Notes: generated from the letters alone by a model not told the origin. Counted from the first letter of the whole stretch, positions 13,301 through 25,639 are shown. The stretch is 63,261 bases of DNA, filler included, from Globobulimina sp. (GCA_003354225.1; 34 parts of 34 records of this genome joined end to end with filler, not necessarily neighbours in it), one strand, 5' to 3'. Program-made: numbers and translations.

Positions 13301-13367
13301 TAAAGGGAATCTTCCAACAAATTGGCACTGAGTGCGAGAATAAAAAAAATGACATCATGCTCTTTTG
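13301..13367 (+). repeat. Dispersed ~60-bp repeat, second copy at 14498-14583
   Basis: TAAAGGGRATCTTCCAACAAATTG..ACTGAGTGCGAGRATA shared by both copies. Confidence 0.8.
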
Positions 13368-13500
13368 CCTCTGAAAAGACCACCCTAGCGTCAAGATTTT
13401 ATACTATAGTACTTATCTAAATGGAAGTTTACAAAAAACAACATAAAAAAAAAACAACGCATTTTGTATGATCTACACTACTCAAATTATTTTTTTTTGG

Positions 13501-14820
13501 TCAAATAATTGTTGCAACAAATAATGCAAACACTATCCCCAATTTCTTATATCCTTCAATACTTTGAACAGAAGCTTGGTCATCACATCCCATACAATTA
13601 TTAACATCCGTTGTTGTTACGGCTTTGGTTGTTTGAGTCGTAGTACTTTCTGTTGGAGTCTTTGTTGTTGGAGCTGTTGGAGTCTTTGTTGGAGTGTCTG
13701 TTGTTGGAGCTGTTGGAATTTTTGTTGGAGCCTTTGTTGGCGTATCTGTTGGGGTATCTGTTGTAGTATCTGTTGGCATTTTTGTTGGAGTCGCTGTTGT
13801 CGGAGTCTTTGTTGGAGTATCTGTTGGTTGATCTGTTGGAATCGTAAGATTTTGATCACCAACACATGTTTCAACTGTATCAATAGAATATTGCCCAATG
13901 AACGAATATGCATAATCCCCCAATTGAGACGGAATATTATTTAAAAGCTTGGCTGTTGACCCACCGCCAGAATCACTGCCATATCCAAAGCCAAGAGTTG
14001 ATGCAGATTTAAGTTGTGGTGTAACAGTAATATGAGATAACGAAGAATTCATAGTCACAGAAGACTGTGCAGAGTAATAAGACCACACTTGAATGTCAGT
14101 AATATCGATATTATCAATAACATACTGATCATCTGATTTTATAATCCAATCGATTGGTTCATATGATGTTAACAATAATGTTACGGGTTTGGCTAAATCC
14201 ATTCGGCCTGAGCATGTTCTTAAATTGACTGTAGCTGCGCCTGCTGTATGCGTCCAGGTATCACCATTTGATGATTCATAAGCACCAACTACACGAACTT
14301 CAGTTGTAAACGTACTATAATCATACTCTTGATTTATACAATAAAACATTGAATAGCCACCATTGTCATACGCAATAAAGCCAGGATATACTGCTGAGGA
14401 TTCATCTAAATCTGCTAATTGTGGTGATGCATTACACATTGTACCTTTTTATATAATATGTATAGTTATATAGCAATTATTTTTCTATCCTCGCACATAA
14501 AGGGGATCTTCCAACAAATTGTACACTGAGTGCGAGGATAGAAAAAATAGACCACTTATTGAGAAATGACCGCATGCTCTTTTACTGTAACTTACATCCA
14601 TTTACATCCGGTAAACATGTATAATAATTATATCCAGCTACATTATTACAAACACATCCACCACCATTTAAACTAGTGTCGCACAATGGGGTGGAATAAT
14701 AATTACCATTTATATCTCGTAATCCACCTAAACTGCCACACTCGTTACCGCCTGGAGTACAACTCTTTAACGATCCACTATAACATAAATCTGGTGATAG
14801 TGTATCAGAAAATGCAGCAG
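13501..14820 (-). CDS. Cell-surface protein: Cys-rich part, globular domain, PT-rich mucin stalk and GPI-like tail; intron 14445-14595; apparent 1-bp frameshift near 14670
   Basis: PTDT/PTKT repeats, hydrophobic C-terminus; the intron restores NG-C|TMC. Confidence 0.7.
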
Positions 14821-14941
14821 NNNNNNNNNNNNNNNNNNNNNNNNNNNNNNNNNNNNNNNNNNNNTTAATTAATTAANNNNNNNNNNNNNNNNNNNNNNNN
14901 NNNNNNNNNNNNNNNNNNNNTATGGTAGAGGTATCATACAT

Positions 14942-15073
14942 GGACCTGGTACCATATATGGTACCCTTTCAAACTTGCCCCCAAGGGGTACCATATATGG
15001 TACCAACCAGTACCATAAATGGTACCACTTGGCTTGAAAGGGGTACCATATATGGTACCGGTCCATATATGGA
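14942..15073. repeat. Nested palindrome cluster (GGTACCATATATGGTACC units)
   Basis: Perfect 18-bp palindromes at 14948, 14987 and 15042, a variant at 15009, and an outer inverted repeat 14942-14972/15033-15064. Confidence 0.9.
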
Positions 15074-15323
15074 TCAGGTAGGTACCATCGTAAGTTCCCT
15101 GACTCGACCAGGGTTCATAGCGGTCAGCTCATTTCATTTTCCCTGACCAAAAAACGAAATTCCCTGACTTCTGGCCGAAGACCAACATTTTTGTGAAAAC
15201 TGTGTTTGAGTGGAATGGAATCTGGCCGAGGCCAGAATTTTTGCGAAAATTGGGAATAATACACAAAAAATTGGAGTGGTAGGTCGGGGGGGGGCAAACC
15301 CCCTACCACACCTATGACTATCT

Positions 15324-15546
15324 TGTCCTACGGTATAACGACATACCTTCGGTTTAGATTTTTTGTAGCAGTAGTTCGTTTACGAACTGGTCCTGTTCTA
15401 CGGTATAACGGCATACCTTCGGTTTAGATTTTTTGTAGCAGTAGTTCGTTTACGAACTGGTCCTGTTCTACGGTATAACGGCATACCTTCGGTTTAGATT
15501 TTTTTGTAGCAGTAGTTCGTTTACTAACTGGTCCTGTCCTACGGTA
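15324..15546. repeat. 70-bp tandem repeat, ~3.1 copies
   Basis: Unit CTACGGTATAACGRCATACCTTCGGTTTAGATTTTTTGTAGCAGTAGTTCGTTTACGAACTGGTCCTGTY, near-identical copies. Confidence 0.95.
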
Positions 15547-17368
15547 CCCCCCAAAAAGGTCCATCGCCCCCCCCACCACCTATGTACTTAACTCCTGGCA
15601 TTTTTTAAGTATATGGTAACTACATATACCGTATATGTATGTATATTTTCCATACGTCGTAGTACATATGCCCCATTGGTCCACCACTAATCACCCAAAC
15701 CGTGGACTAAAAAAACCTAAACCTAAGCTTAATATAAATAGAGATGAGCGAGCAGCAACATCATGTGGGCTTATAATATTGTCTTATATTTATATGATGT
15801 CATTTATTGGAGCGCAAGCAAGCAACAAATATATATAGCATAAATTATGATTTAAACAACAATAACTTACCATCTCCAAATGTTTACATTATCCCGACCT
15901 GGTAACGGCCCGCAAACTCCCGATCGACACCATCCATGTCCACACTTCTTTTCTTCTATGACGCACTTGACCCGCCCCAAACCCCCCGTCGAATTCGACC
16001 AAACACACCTAAAAATACCTAATGACAACATTTTTATCCCCCATGAACCCCGACGTGAGATTAAATCGCAAGAGCTCGGGACCCAACCCAACCCTAATAT
16101 AACGCGCTTCGTGCGGTAGCCGAAAACATAAGTAAAGCCTTGAAATAAAATAGTTTTGGACCCCGAGCTTAATAACTATTTGTTGGTTCAATTTTGGCAG
16201 TTCTTCGGTCGGGTCCGAACTCTTGCGATATAATCTTACTACATTGAACCCTACGGATAGAACTGGTAATAATGTCGCCCATGGTTCCTTTCTAAAACTG
16301 GCAACCGCTAAAAGGGGCAACAGTGTTGAGATGTTATTATTGTTCAGGCTTGTTGCTTAGGCTTAGTTTCTGATGGGCGAGCGAAGCGAGGCCTTCACAT
16401 AGCCGAAGGCTAAGCCAAATCCGAGAGATTAGACAAAAATCTAAGCCTAAGTCCGGTCGCTTGCCCCATAGCACTTCTGGATGACGTCGCCCCTTTTGGT
16501 GGTTGCCATTTTTAGAAAAGAACCATATGTCGATACTTTTCAGGCCACCTCGCCGAAGGGGGTCGGGGGTCAAGTGCTAAGTCGGGGGTCCAAACCCCCT
16601 CCCTACCACATCTATGGTGGTCGCATAGTTTAAACCGCAGTCGATCATACAGAGGCGGGCTGGATCGGTGGGGGGGTCGAAGCTCNNNNNNNNNNNNNNN
16701 NNNNNNNNNNNNNNNNNNNNNNNNNNNNNTTAATTAATTAANNNNNNNNNNNNNNNNNNNNNNNNNNNNNNNNNNNNNNNNNNNNCTGGTTGAAGAGCTT
16801 CCCTTCGCTCCACCGACATAAATAACCATTACAATGAAGACAATTACAAGCAAAACAACTGCAGATAATATTACGAATCCTACTTTTTTCGTGGCACTTA
16901 GAACATTTTGAACATTGGTTGTATTTTCGGATTCAGAAATAGTGGATCCTGAGACCAATGGAGTTTCTTCGTTCTTTGAGGATGCGATTTGACCACAACC
17001 AATGCAAAACAGGCCAGCTGACATTATTCAAACTGCAGTCTTCAATTTAAAATCTTTAAATATAATCATACGAAGAAACCGGATTTGATGATCTAATTGG
17101 AATGTATCCATGGCGAAGGACCACGATGGCATTTAATTAATTTTATAGATCATATATTCGTTACAAATGGGAACTTGTCATTTGAGTTAAATCGATATTT
17201 AAACGCTGTCCTGGACTTGACAACAAAATAAAAACATAGACAAATAACACAAAAACCAAATAGTTCATGCGTTTATTACTTATATATTAATAAACGATGA
17301 AAACATAAAAACAACATAAAATCACACAACTTGAAAACAAAAAACGGTAAACGTACTTATTTAATAAT

Positions 17369-18286
17369 TTAAAAATAATTTATAAATAACAAATGGATCA
17401 CAATAATCACAACACATAACAACGAAACATTTTTTACATTTGCAGTATTATGTTGTATGGAATTTGCAGTATTACATTCGGTGGAACCCGGTTCTGAACT
17501 GTCAAAATCAAGCACATATTCACTATATTGAACAGCAAACCATTTAGCATCAAACTCAGCATCCCATGTGGCTACGGGTGAGAAATTGGAATAAACCAAA
17601 TAAACTGAATAATAGTCACCTAAATGGATTTCAACAGAAAACGAGCCATCTTCAGATATCGCATTCGTTGGATTGTCTCGATACGGCTGAATGTACCAAT
17701 AATCAGTATGCGAATATATCACAACCTCAAAATTATCATAGTCATAGCCTGGCGGTAACAAATCAAATACGACATTCCCTGCAATTCTAGGACCAAATGA
17801 ATCTGCTCCGGCGCCAGAATGTGGTGCACAGTCTATTTGGATTTGTCCGCACACAACTCCCGGTTCAGAAAAATCAAAATCAACCACATATTCTGCATAA
17901 TAATTTGCAAACCATTCCGCATTATAACCACTGCTCCATGTACTTGGCGGAGAGAAGTCATTCCGCACTAAAAAAGCAGCATAGTGCCAACCCAAATGGA
18001 TATATGCGGACCATACCCCATTTGGTGGAATTTCAGTTAATGGTTGATTGGCGTACGGCTGGACCCACCAAACATTTGTTTGTGAGTATATAACCACTTT
18101 AAAATCAGAGTTATTGTAGGAAGGCACTAATTCATCTAATCCGTGTACTAAACCTGCCATTTTCCCAGAAGAACCCGATCCTGATCCACTCGGAGCAGCA
18201 CACACGATTTCAATGCCTAATCCAGTTACATTTTGTGAATTTACCATCGATGCAACACACAGCAATATAAATAACATAATTCTCAT
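17369..18286 (-). CDS. Secreted/GPI-like protein with two tandem ~120-aa beta-rich domains
   Basis: Signal peptide; repeats F(K/E)VVIYS.T..W.(V/I)QPY..P...I..(N/D)G..S..IHLG..Y...LV; hydrophobic tail; no introns. Confidence 0.85.
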   Translation of the reverse strand: MRIMLFILLCVASMVNSQNVTGLGIEIVCAAPSGSGSGSSGKMAGLVHGLDELVPSYNNSDFKVVIYSQTNVWWVQPYANQPLTEIPPNGVWSAYIHLGWHYAAFLVRNDFSPPSTWSSGYNAEWFANYYAEYVVDFDFSEPGVVCGQIQIDCAPHSGAGADSFGPRIAGNVVFDLLPPGYDYDNFEVVIYSHTDYWYIQPYRDNPTNAISEDGSFSVEIHLGDYYSVYLVYSNFSPVATWDAEFDAKWFAVQYSEYVLDFDSSEPGSTECNTANSIQHNTANVKNVSLLCVVIIVIHLLFINYF

Positions 18287-18649
18287 TTGCTTCTGTAACT
18301 TCTGTGGTTGTGTTGGTTTGTTTCTAGAGGATGTAAAATTTGTATTTTGTTGAGTAGCTTACTCAGCAGTACGTGAAATAAATATTGATTTTGAATGATA
18401 ATGGCTATATTATATTTTACGTTAAAAATGCCGGAAAAAACGCACATTGATTGCAACAAAAAAGAAGAGCCAAAACGGAATTAGCACCGCAGAGCACTGC
18501 GATGACTATATTTAACAAAATAATAGCAATTTATGAGTTTGTTTTAATTNNNNNNNNNNNNNNNNNNNNNNNNNNNNNNNNNNNNNNNNNNNNTTAATTA
18601 ATTAANNNNNNNNNNNNNNNNNNNNNNNNNNNNNNNNNNNNNNNNNNNN

Positions 18650-20413
18650 TTAAACGAGAAACTAATAAAAAAGACCCAAAGGCTACGATTGATTTTCTAC
18701 AACGAAGAAGGTGCGTATTTTGTTGAAATTTGTTTTTTTGAACGAGAAACATTGCTATAAATTGGTTTGAAATTTCTATAAATTTCTGCTTTTGACAGGT
18801 TGCATGCATTGTACTTAGGTGAAGAGTTTATGAGTAAACACAATTTTGAAATGGCCAGAGTATATTTTGAACAATCCTTAAATAGACATATTAAACGACA
18901 GAGTCCGAGAGCTCGAGAGCAGAAACCGACGGCGACGGCGACGGAAAAGGAAAAGGAGAAGAAGGCAGAAGAAGATGTTGTTCTTTTTTTGCCTGAATTG
19001 CCCAATGAATTAGATATTTATTGTAAACTATTGATTTGCAGAATGCATTGCGATAATTCCAATACAAACTTATCCAATGCATTAAACGAAGTGAATTATA
19101 TATTGAATAAAATGCCAAACTCTGTCCAACATCACATCATTAGCGCTGAGCTGCATATTCGAACTAATAATTTTGAAAAGGTTGGAAGCTCTCTCTTAAA
19201 GGCCGCCGAATGCGATCAGGCAAATATTTTAGATTCCGTTCATTTATATTTCCATCAAATTGCACAAAATACCATAAATAATCCAAATGATTCATACCTT
19301 GCCATGAAGGATGAGGATGATAAGGATACGGATACGGATACGGATACGGACAAACTGACTCTGTCTAACGTTAACATTGAAAAACTGTGCAAATTCTTCC
19401 AAGATATGACCTTAATTTCGCAGCAAAATATATTAAGTATTGAATGGGATGAAATTATCGAAGCAATAAACAATTGCGACCCTATAATATGTCCGCTATT
19501 CTCTGACTCTCTCAATCAAAACAATGAAGATATCGGAAAATTAAAAACGTTTTTAATTAAAACGTTGGAATGGAATTTGCCTCAAAATGATAAAGAACAA
19601 AGTTTAATATTTTTGAAAGTGGAGTTTGCGTACATTTTAGCCAAAGAATTGTGGGATTTATTTCCATTGTCTTCCATCAATATTGACGATTTAAAGGAGG
19701 ACGTAGCGAGTATGGAGGACGCCATTGCCATTGACTGCTCATCCACTTATTTCTTAGAGAATGGCCTCTTTGGTTGTCGCGATGGTTACGATTTTATCTC
19801 CGCCGCAATATTCGAGCCATCCATTTGTTTATCCTCTATGTTTGACATTATTTTGACAAATAAGAGATTCATTATCAATCATTCGTGGCTCTATGAAAGC
19901 GGCATCAAATTAATTGACTGGCTATATCGTACGCCATTGTATCATATCCAAGACATAAAAAATACAAAGTCGCAAGGCGCCACATGTTCGGATTGCGAAT
20001 GGGATAAGTTTATGAAGACCAGAATCAATGCGCATTATGCCATTGATCCTGAATTGAATGAAACTGTTTTATCGCGCGATGCCCACGAAGATGGCAAGAA
20101 ATTTGAAGATGCCATGCAAAATATTGTTGGCAAAGAGAAAAAGAATTATTTGATGCAATTAGAGCTGGATTTATCCATTCCGATATTGAAGAAATACGCA
20201 AATATAATGAGTAGAATAAGTGGCATTGACGAAGATATATTAATATACGAATTGACATTGCCCGATGAGAATGACACTGACAATGACAATGGCACTGACA
20301 ATGAAGCCGCCGCCTTAACCTCATCCTTATTGAGTGAGTACTTAAATAATCCCAAATTTCAAGATTATAAACCGGTGGGATTGCCCGTTTTGGTGCAAAA
20401 TGCCGAATTCAAT
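18650..20413 (+). CDS. TPR-containing helical protein, partial
   Basis: Long ORF with TPR-like helices (LYLGEEFMSKHNFEMARVYFEQSL). Confidence 0.6.
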
Positions 20414-20513
20414 NNNNNNNNNNNNNNNNNNNNNNNNNNNNNNNNNNNNNNNNNNNNTTAATTAATTAANNNNNNNNNNNNNNNNNNNNNNNNNNNNNNN
20501 NNNNNNNNNNNNN

Positions 20514-22277
20514 CCTCAAAGACAGATGCGAACAACGAATATAACACCGCTGTAAACAAAGACTCTGATGATAATAATAATAATTCGAACAATAATCAAA
20601 ACAACAACCATTATAATAGCGGCGGATCCGGATTTGGATCAAGTGGTGGAAACAACGGTAGTTCCGATGGCAAAGATGATGATGAAAAGAAGAATGACAA
20701 AAATAACCATATAACCGATAGCGACGAAGCTGATGAGATTGAGGAAGAGAAAAAACAGGAAGAAGACGATGAATTGGACGAAAATAATATGGCATCGGCA
20801 TCCAATCTAAGTGTGAATGCACCGGCTTTTCAACCATTAAATCAGAGTAAATCTGCCACACTAAATCAGAGTGCCTTAACCACTGTACATGAGGAGAAGA
20901 TGCACATTCATTCTGTACATGTCACTTCACATTCACACTCTGCGCCAAATACGGACACGAATAGCAACCAAAATAAACCTTTTATGTACATTCCAAACAG
21001 ATTCCATAGGGCTCAAGGCATGATCCAGATATCTAAGCATTTGACAGAGTATGTGATACCGCGTGCGATTAAGGAGAATTATATCGAGAATGTGTATGAT
21101 TTTATGGATAAATATACTGCGATAAATCTGTACAATGGAAACTTTATCGACTGCACAGTTTTTCGCATTTTTAATTATGGCTTTCATGATAATGCAGATA
21201 ATGTTTTGTATTGTATTGCCGACAGAAAAAATGCAATCAATCAAAGAAATTATAGATATGTTATGAGGGATAAATTGTATACAACTTATGATATATTGAA
21301 GTTGTACGATTTGCCACCACTAATCTTACCAAAATGCGCAGAGATAATGAGTTCTTGCATGGAGATACAAGATAAATTCAGCAATGCAGCCGCTTTGTGT
21401 CAAAGTGTAATTTTTAAGACAAAATGGCATAAAATGCGCGTTTTTAATAGGATCCATAACATAAATAAGCAGCGATTAACGTTTTCCATCACAAAAACGG
21501 AATTTGTTGATGTTGTGCAGCGGTTTATACATAATGATGAGAAGAAAGTGTTAATACCGATAGTAATGTTCAACAGCACTGGTTACAGAGTGGAATACGT
21601 TCAAATTGTTCCACTTCGCGATAACATACATATTGGTATCTCGTATGCCTACATCACAGATAATAATTGTAAATATGGTGTAAAAGTAACCGGGATCCAT
21701 ATTAATAAAAATATCATCCGTAACCAGCACCAATTAGCATCGCCGAATCATGATTGTCATTGTTTGGATGCCTTCAAATCAGACATTGATTGTTTGCATA
21801 TAGGTATATGTAGAAAATAATGTTTTTTTTTATTTGCATTTACTATAAAAATATATAAAATATAACAGGAAATCCAGACGATGATAAAAATCGATGCAAA
21901 GATTTAAAAAAGAAACATGATGCTTTAAAAAATGTAAATAAACAATTGATTGAAATAAATGCAAATATGAAACAAGAAAAGGATACCTCTACAAATGTAT
22001 GGTTAATATCGGAGATAAATCGCTGCAAAGCACAAACACAAAAATTAACACGAATGGTGTGGCAGTGGCAAAATCTATGGAAACAACAACGAGCCATTTC
22101 CGATGCATTACAGCAACAATCAATAATTACACCAATTTCAACCCAATCAATAGCTTCAAATACTCCTCAATCTGTGAGAAATACGCCAACATTCCCTGCC
22201 TATTCATACTCTGTGCAATCAGTGCCATGCATGACTTCGAACAATATGCAACGTCGTCAGATATATGGCGTGCATAA
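20514..22277 (+). CDS. Uncharacterised protein with a PAM2-like motif, a possible DUF3825-like domain and a coiled coil; partial, intron ~21804-21868
   Basis: SNLSVNAPAFQP; FNYGF...LYCIA and LIPIVMF...VQIVPL. Confidence 0.55.
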
Positions 22278-22377
22278 NNNNNNNNNNNNNNNNNNNNNNN
22301 NNNNNNNNNNNNNNNNNNNNNTTAATTAATTAANNNNNNNNNNNNNNNNNNNNNNNNNNNNNNNNNNNNNNNNNNNN

Positions 22378-22437
22378 CATTATTAGTATATGCATATACA
22401 TTCTTTGTCATTATTAGTATATGCATATACATTCTTC
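22378..22437. repeat. ~31-bp tandem duplication CATTATTAGTATATGCATATACATTCTT
   Basis: Two adjacent copies plus related TATGCATATAC motifs downstream. Confidence 0.8.
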
Positions 22438-22981
22438 TCTGCTGCAACTTGCAAGTATATGCACTTATGTTGCAATCAATATGCATATACCACTATGGTA
22501 TGACTGTGTGTTATGGATCCATGATAGCGTAGTTGACATGGTATGAGCAAGGAAGTATACGCACTAAGGCCAGTGAAGTATACGGGGGGAAAGATCACAA
22601 CTCTGGTAATTGTAATGATATCATCATATTGTCCAAGTCCCACTGTCTTTGTTAACCATTCTCGTACAAAATTTATTCCTTTTCTTCTTTTTTTTCTCCT
22701 TCTTTCCCTTTCTCTTTTTCATTATTATTGATTTTATTTATTTCATGATTCTTTTTTTTATGGCATATAGCCTAATAATTTAATTGACCAAACCAACCAC
22801 ATTTGTGATTTAAATTACAAAAACTCACTTCACAATTTTTAAACTAAACTGAACCCAACATTTACGTCACTGCATGCGTTAAACAACTACATTCATTTGG
22901 CGGTAAAATCATTATAAAAACTTATAGATTAGGACAATAACTTTGTTTGTTTGAAACTTTATCAATTATCAAACTCACACT

Positions 22982-24141
22982 ATGTCTGATAATAATGAGT
23001 CAGCACCCACAGTGCCCAACGCGCCCAATGCAACCGCAACCGACACATTACAAGAATCCACCACTGAGCCCATCTCAGTGGCAATAAGCGCCTCTGTCAC
23101 CCAATCCAAAGTGTCGGCGCACCCTCCTACTCAATTGACCTCCATACAGAAATTAGAACAGTTAAAGCAAACATGTCGAACCATAATCAATACCTTTCGC
23201 GACGAGACCACTGACATAACGCGAGTCCTCCAGAATTATAAGTACATATTGACCCATTACACCACCAACACCCTCTACAACGACGAGTGTCGCCAGCATA
23301 TTGCGGACAGATTCTTGGAGGAGTCATGCGTGGCATTGATGAAAAGGGAGCATCATCACTTTAACAGTGATTGGAATATGGCGGATGAGATCAATAATTG
23401 TTGCAAATTGTTAATAAACATCGCTGTGCCATTAATCAAAGACGACTCGCAATTAGCTATGCAAATTATTTATTATTGTATGAATAGTTCGAATCCCTTT
23501 TTTAGACATTTCGGCCATGACTGGGTATGTCTGCGCTGCGCAAAATCGCACACAGAAAAGCTAAATAATACATACACATTACACACAACATCAGAGACAA
23601 AGGAGGGGCAACGAGTTGGATGCCACGGAAGCAAACGAGTTGACCCAATGGAGGGAGACCGGCATAGAAGAGGGCAAATTTGTGGATTACTTGTTATCCA
23701 ACCGGTGGAGGTACGGCGTTGTGAAGAAGATAGTGCTCAAAGACGACAGTGCCGGTGGGACCTACCAACTGTTGCAGATAGCTCCGCTGATGGACCAGAT
23801 GTATCCCACCCATATGCATAGAGGAGGAGTGCATTCTGGCCACTCGCACCATTCACGGAGCAGCCGACACCATCATCAGAACAGCACTTCTTCCTCGGAC
23901 GACGCCTTTGAGTTTACCGAAGAATTCACTTTGTCGCACACCACGGTGGGACAGATAGCGAAGCCATTGACCAAATCCTGGCAATACTTGCCCCAAATGA
24001 GCCAATGGAGGAAGGAGTTGTCCGCCGAAGAGGGCAAAAATAAATGCGATACGCTCGACAGTGTCCATAAATGGTATACCTGCACCATCTTGGAAGTGGA
24101 TCCCGGCGCGAATAGATTCAAAATAAATTATGATGGCTGGT
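22982..24141 (+). CDS. Large protein N-terminus with Tudor/MBT-like barrels (possibly a ubiquitin-specific protease), intron 23525-23594
   Basis: CDTLDSVHKWYTCTILEV...INYDGW barrel motif; in-frame splice DW|RQR. Confidence 0.55.
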
Positions 24142-25639
24142 NNNNNNNNNNNNNNNNNNNNNNNNNNNNNNNNNNNNNNNNNNNNTTAATTAATTAANNN
24201 NNNNNNNNNNNNNNNNNNNNNNNNNNNNNNNNNNNNNNNNNATATATCCCATCTCGATCTGTATCAGAAGAACCAGACATTTATGGTTTGCAAAGGCAAT
24301 TAGTTAAAATAAATAGATTATTACATTTATTGACAAAAGAAATATCAACAATGAATAAAGGAATTAATATATTAAAAAATAATGATGAAGAGAAAAAGAA
24401 ATATGTCACCATCAGAAAATCGCGAAAAATAAAAAATATTAATTCAATGGTGATAGATGAATCGGATTATGAGGATTTTAACAAGGCATCTCCAATAGAA
24501 TTAGCTTCTGCAGTTTCAACATATGTCAATGACAAAGCCGTATTAGTTACTGGTGTAAATTAAATAACAGATCAAAATGACAATGATTCTAAAGTTTCAA
24601 ACTATGATGACTTTTAAATTGTTGATTTCTATTGTTGTGTTTTTATTTAATCAATTGTCGGAAAACAAAGTTCTTTGATATTATCATGATCGAAGTACAT
24701 TTAAATAATTGAAATTAAATAGCCTAAACTGGCAATTTTTAAATTATATTTTTTTTAGAAGGTGGAGGGAATATATTGTTAGTTTAAATTAGGAGGTGCT
24801 GTCAAGAAGAAAAGTGACAGACAATAAATAAAAGCCAGCTGAAAGTTTGTGCACAATTGTATATATTTGTATACAAATATATTTGTATACACACATCAAA
24901 TTTTTTCAAAATCCTTTTATTCCGTAGGTTAGAATCTTTTATTCCGTAGGACTCAAATTTTGTTGAGTATTAATCACGACATCTGTTGGTGACTCCTCTG
25001 ATGATGACATATCCAACAATGCACCAAGAAAACTCATCTGATTGCTTTCTACACTCACAAAATTGCGGGATTGTTGATATAGTAGCCACCCAATATCGAT
25101 GTTGACAATCTCGCGATCTAATCTAGATGCGAAAATTTCAATATTATCGAATACTGCATCAAATTCCGGATCTGATAATCTCGTTGGTGGCTCTTCGTCT
25201 GGTGATATAGGCACAAATCTCGGGTCAAGTGTCCAATCCACTGTTGATGCTTCATCAAATCTCTCGTCCGACGCTGAAACATCAAATGCTCCATCAAATC
25301 GCAATACGCTGAGAGAGATTCTGAGCCAGAAGATGACTCTCTCTCTTTTAATGCTATCCGTGTTCCAGTTGATGCTGAGAGAGATTCAGAACACGAGGAT
25401 GAGGATGTTGAGAAAATACAGGACGAGGTTGAGGATGGAGTTGAGGATGAAGTTGAGGATGAAGTGGAGGATGATGACGAAGATGAAGATGATGATGAGT
25501 AGTTGTAGCGTGGATCTTCAACGTATTCTATAATCGCTTCCTCTGACGAGCTTCGCATCAATGTATAATATCCAGTATTATTATTAAAGCGAACAGCACC
25601 ATCCAATTGTGTGTGTCTCATGTATGATGCAACAACACT

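Noticed and set aside
13564..13944. Cys/Trp-rich and Gln-rich alternative ORFs
   Set aside because: They are shadow frames of the PT-repeat stalk.
15324..15546. Possible CRISPR array or hammerhead ribozyme repeat
   Set aside because: The copies are head-to-tail with no unique spacers, there are no cas genes, and no CUGANGA/GAAA core is present on either strand.
16356..16451. TTAGGC telomere-like repeats
   Set aside because: Only about two units per site and internal to the contig, so not a telomeric array.
14869..16573. Short ORFs in the GC-richer contig
   Set aside because: They are translations of palindromes and repeats with no protein motifs.
24939..25621. Overlapping Ser-rich and acidic ORFs beside the RT fragment
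   Set aside because: Low-complexity sequence open in several frames, apparently frameshifted, with no assignable product.
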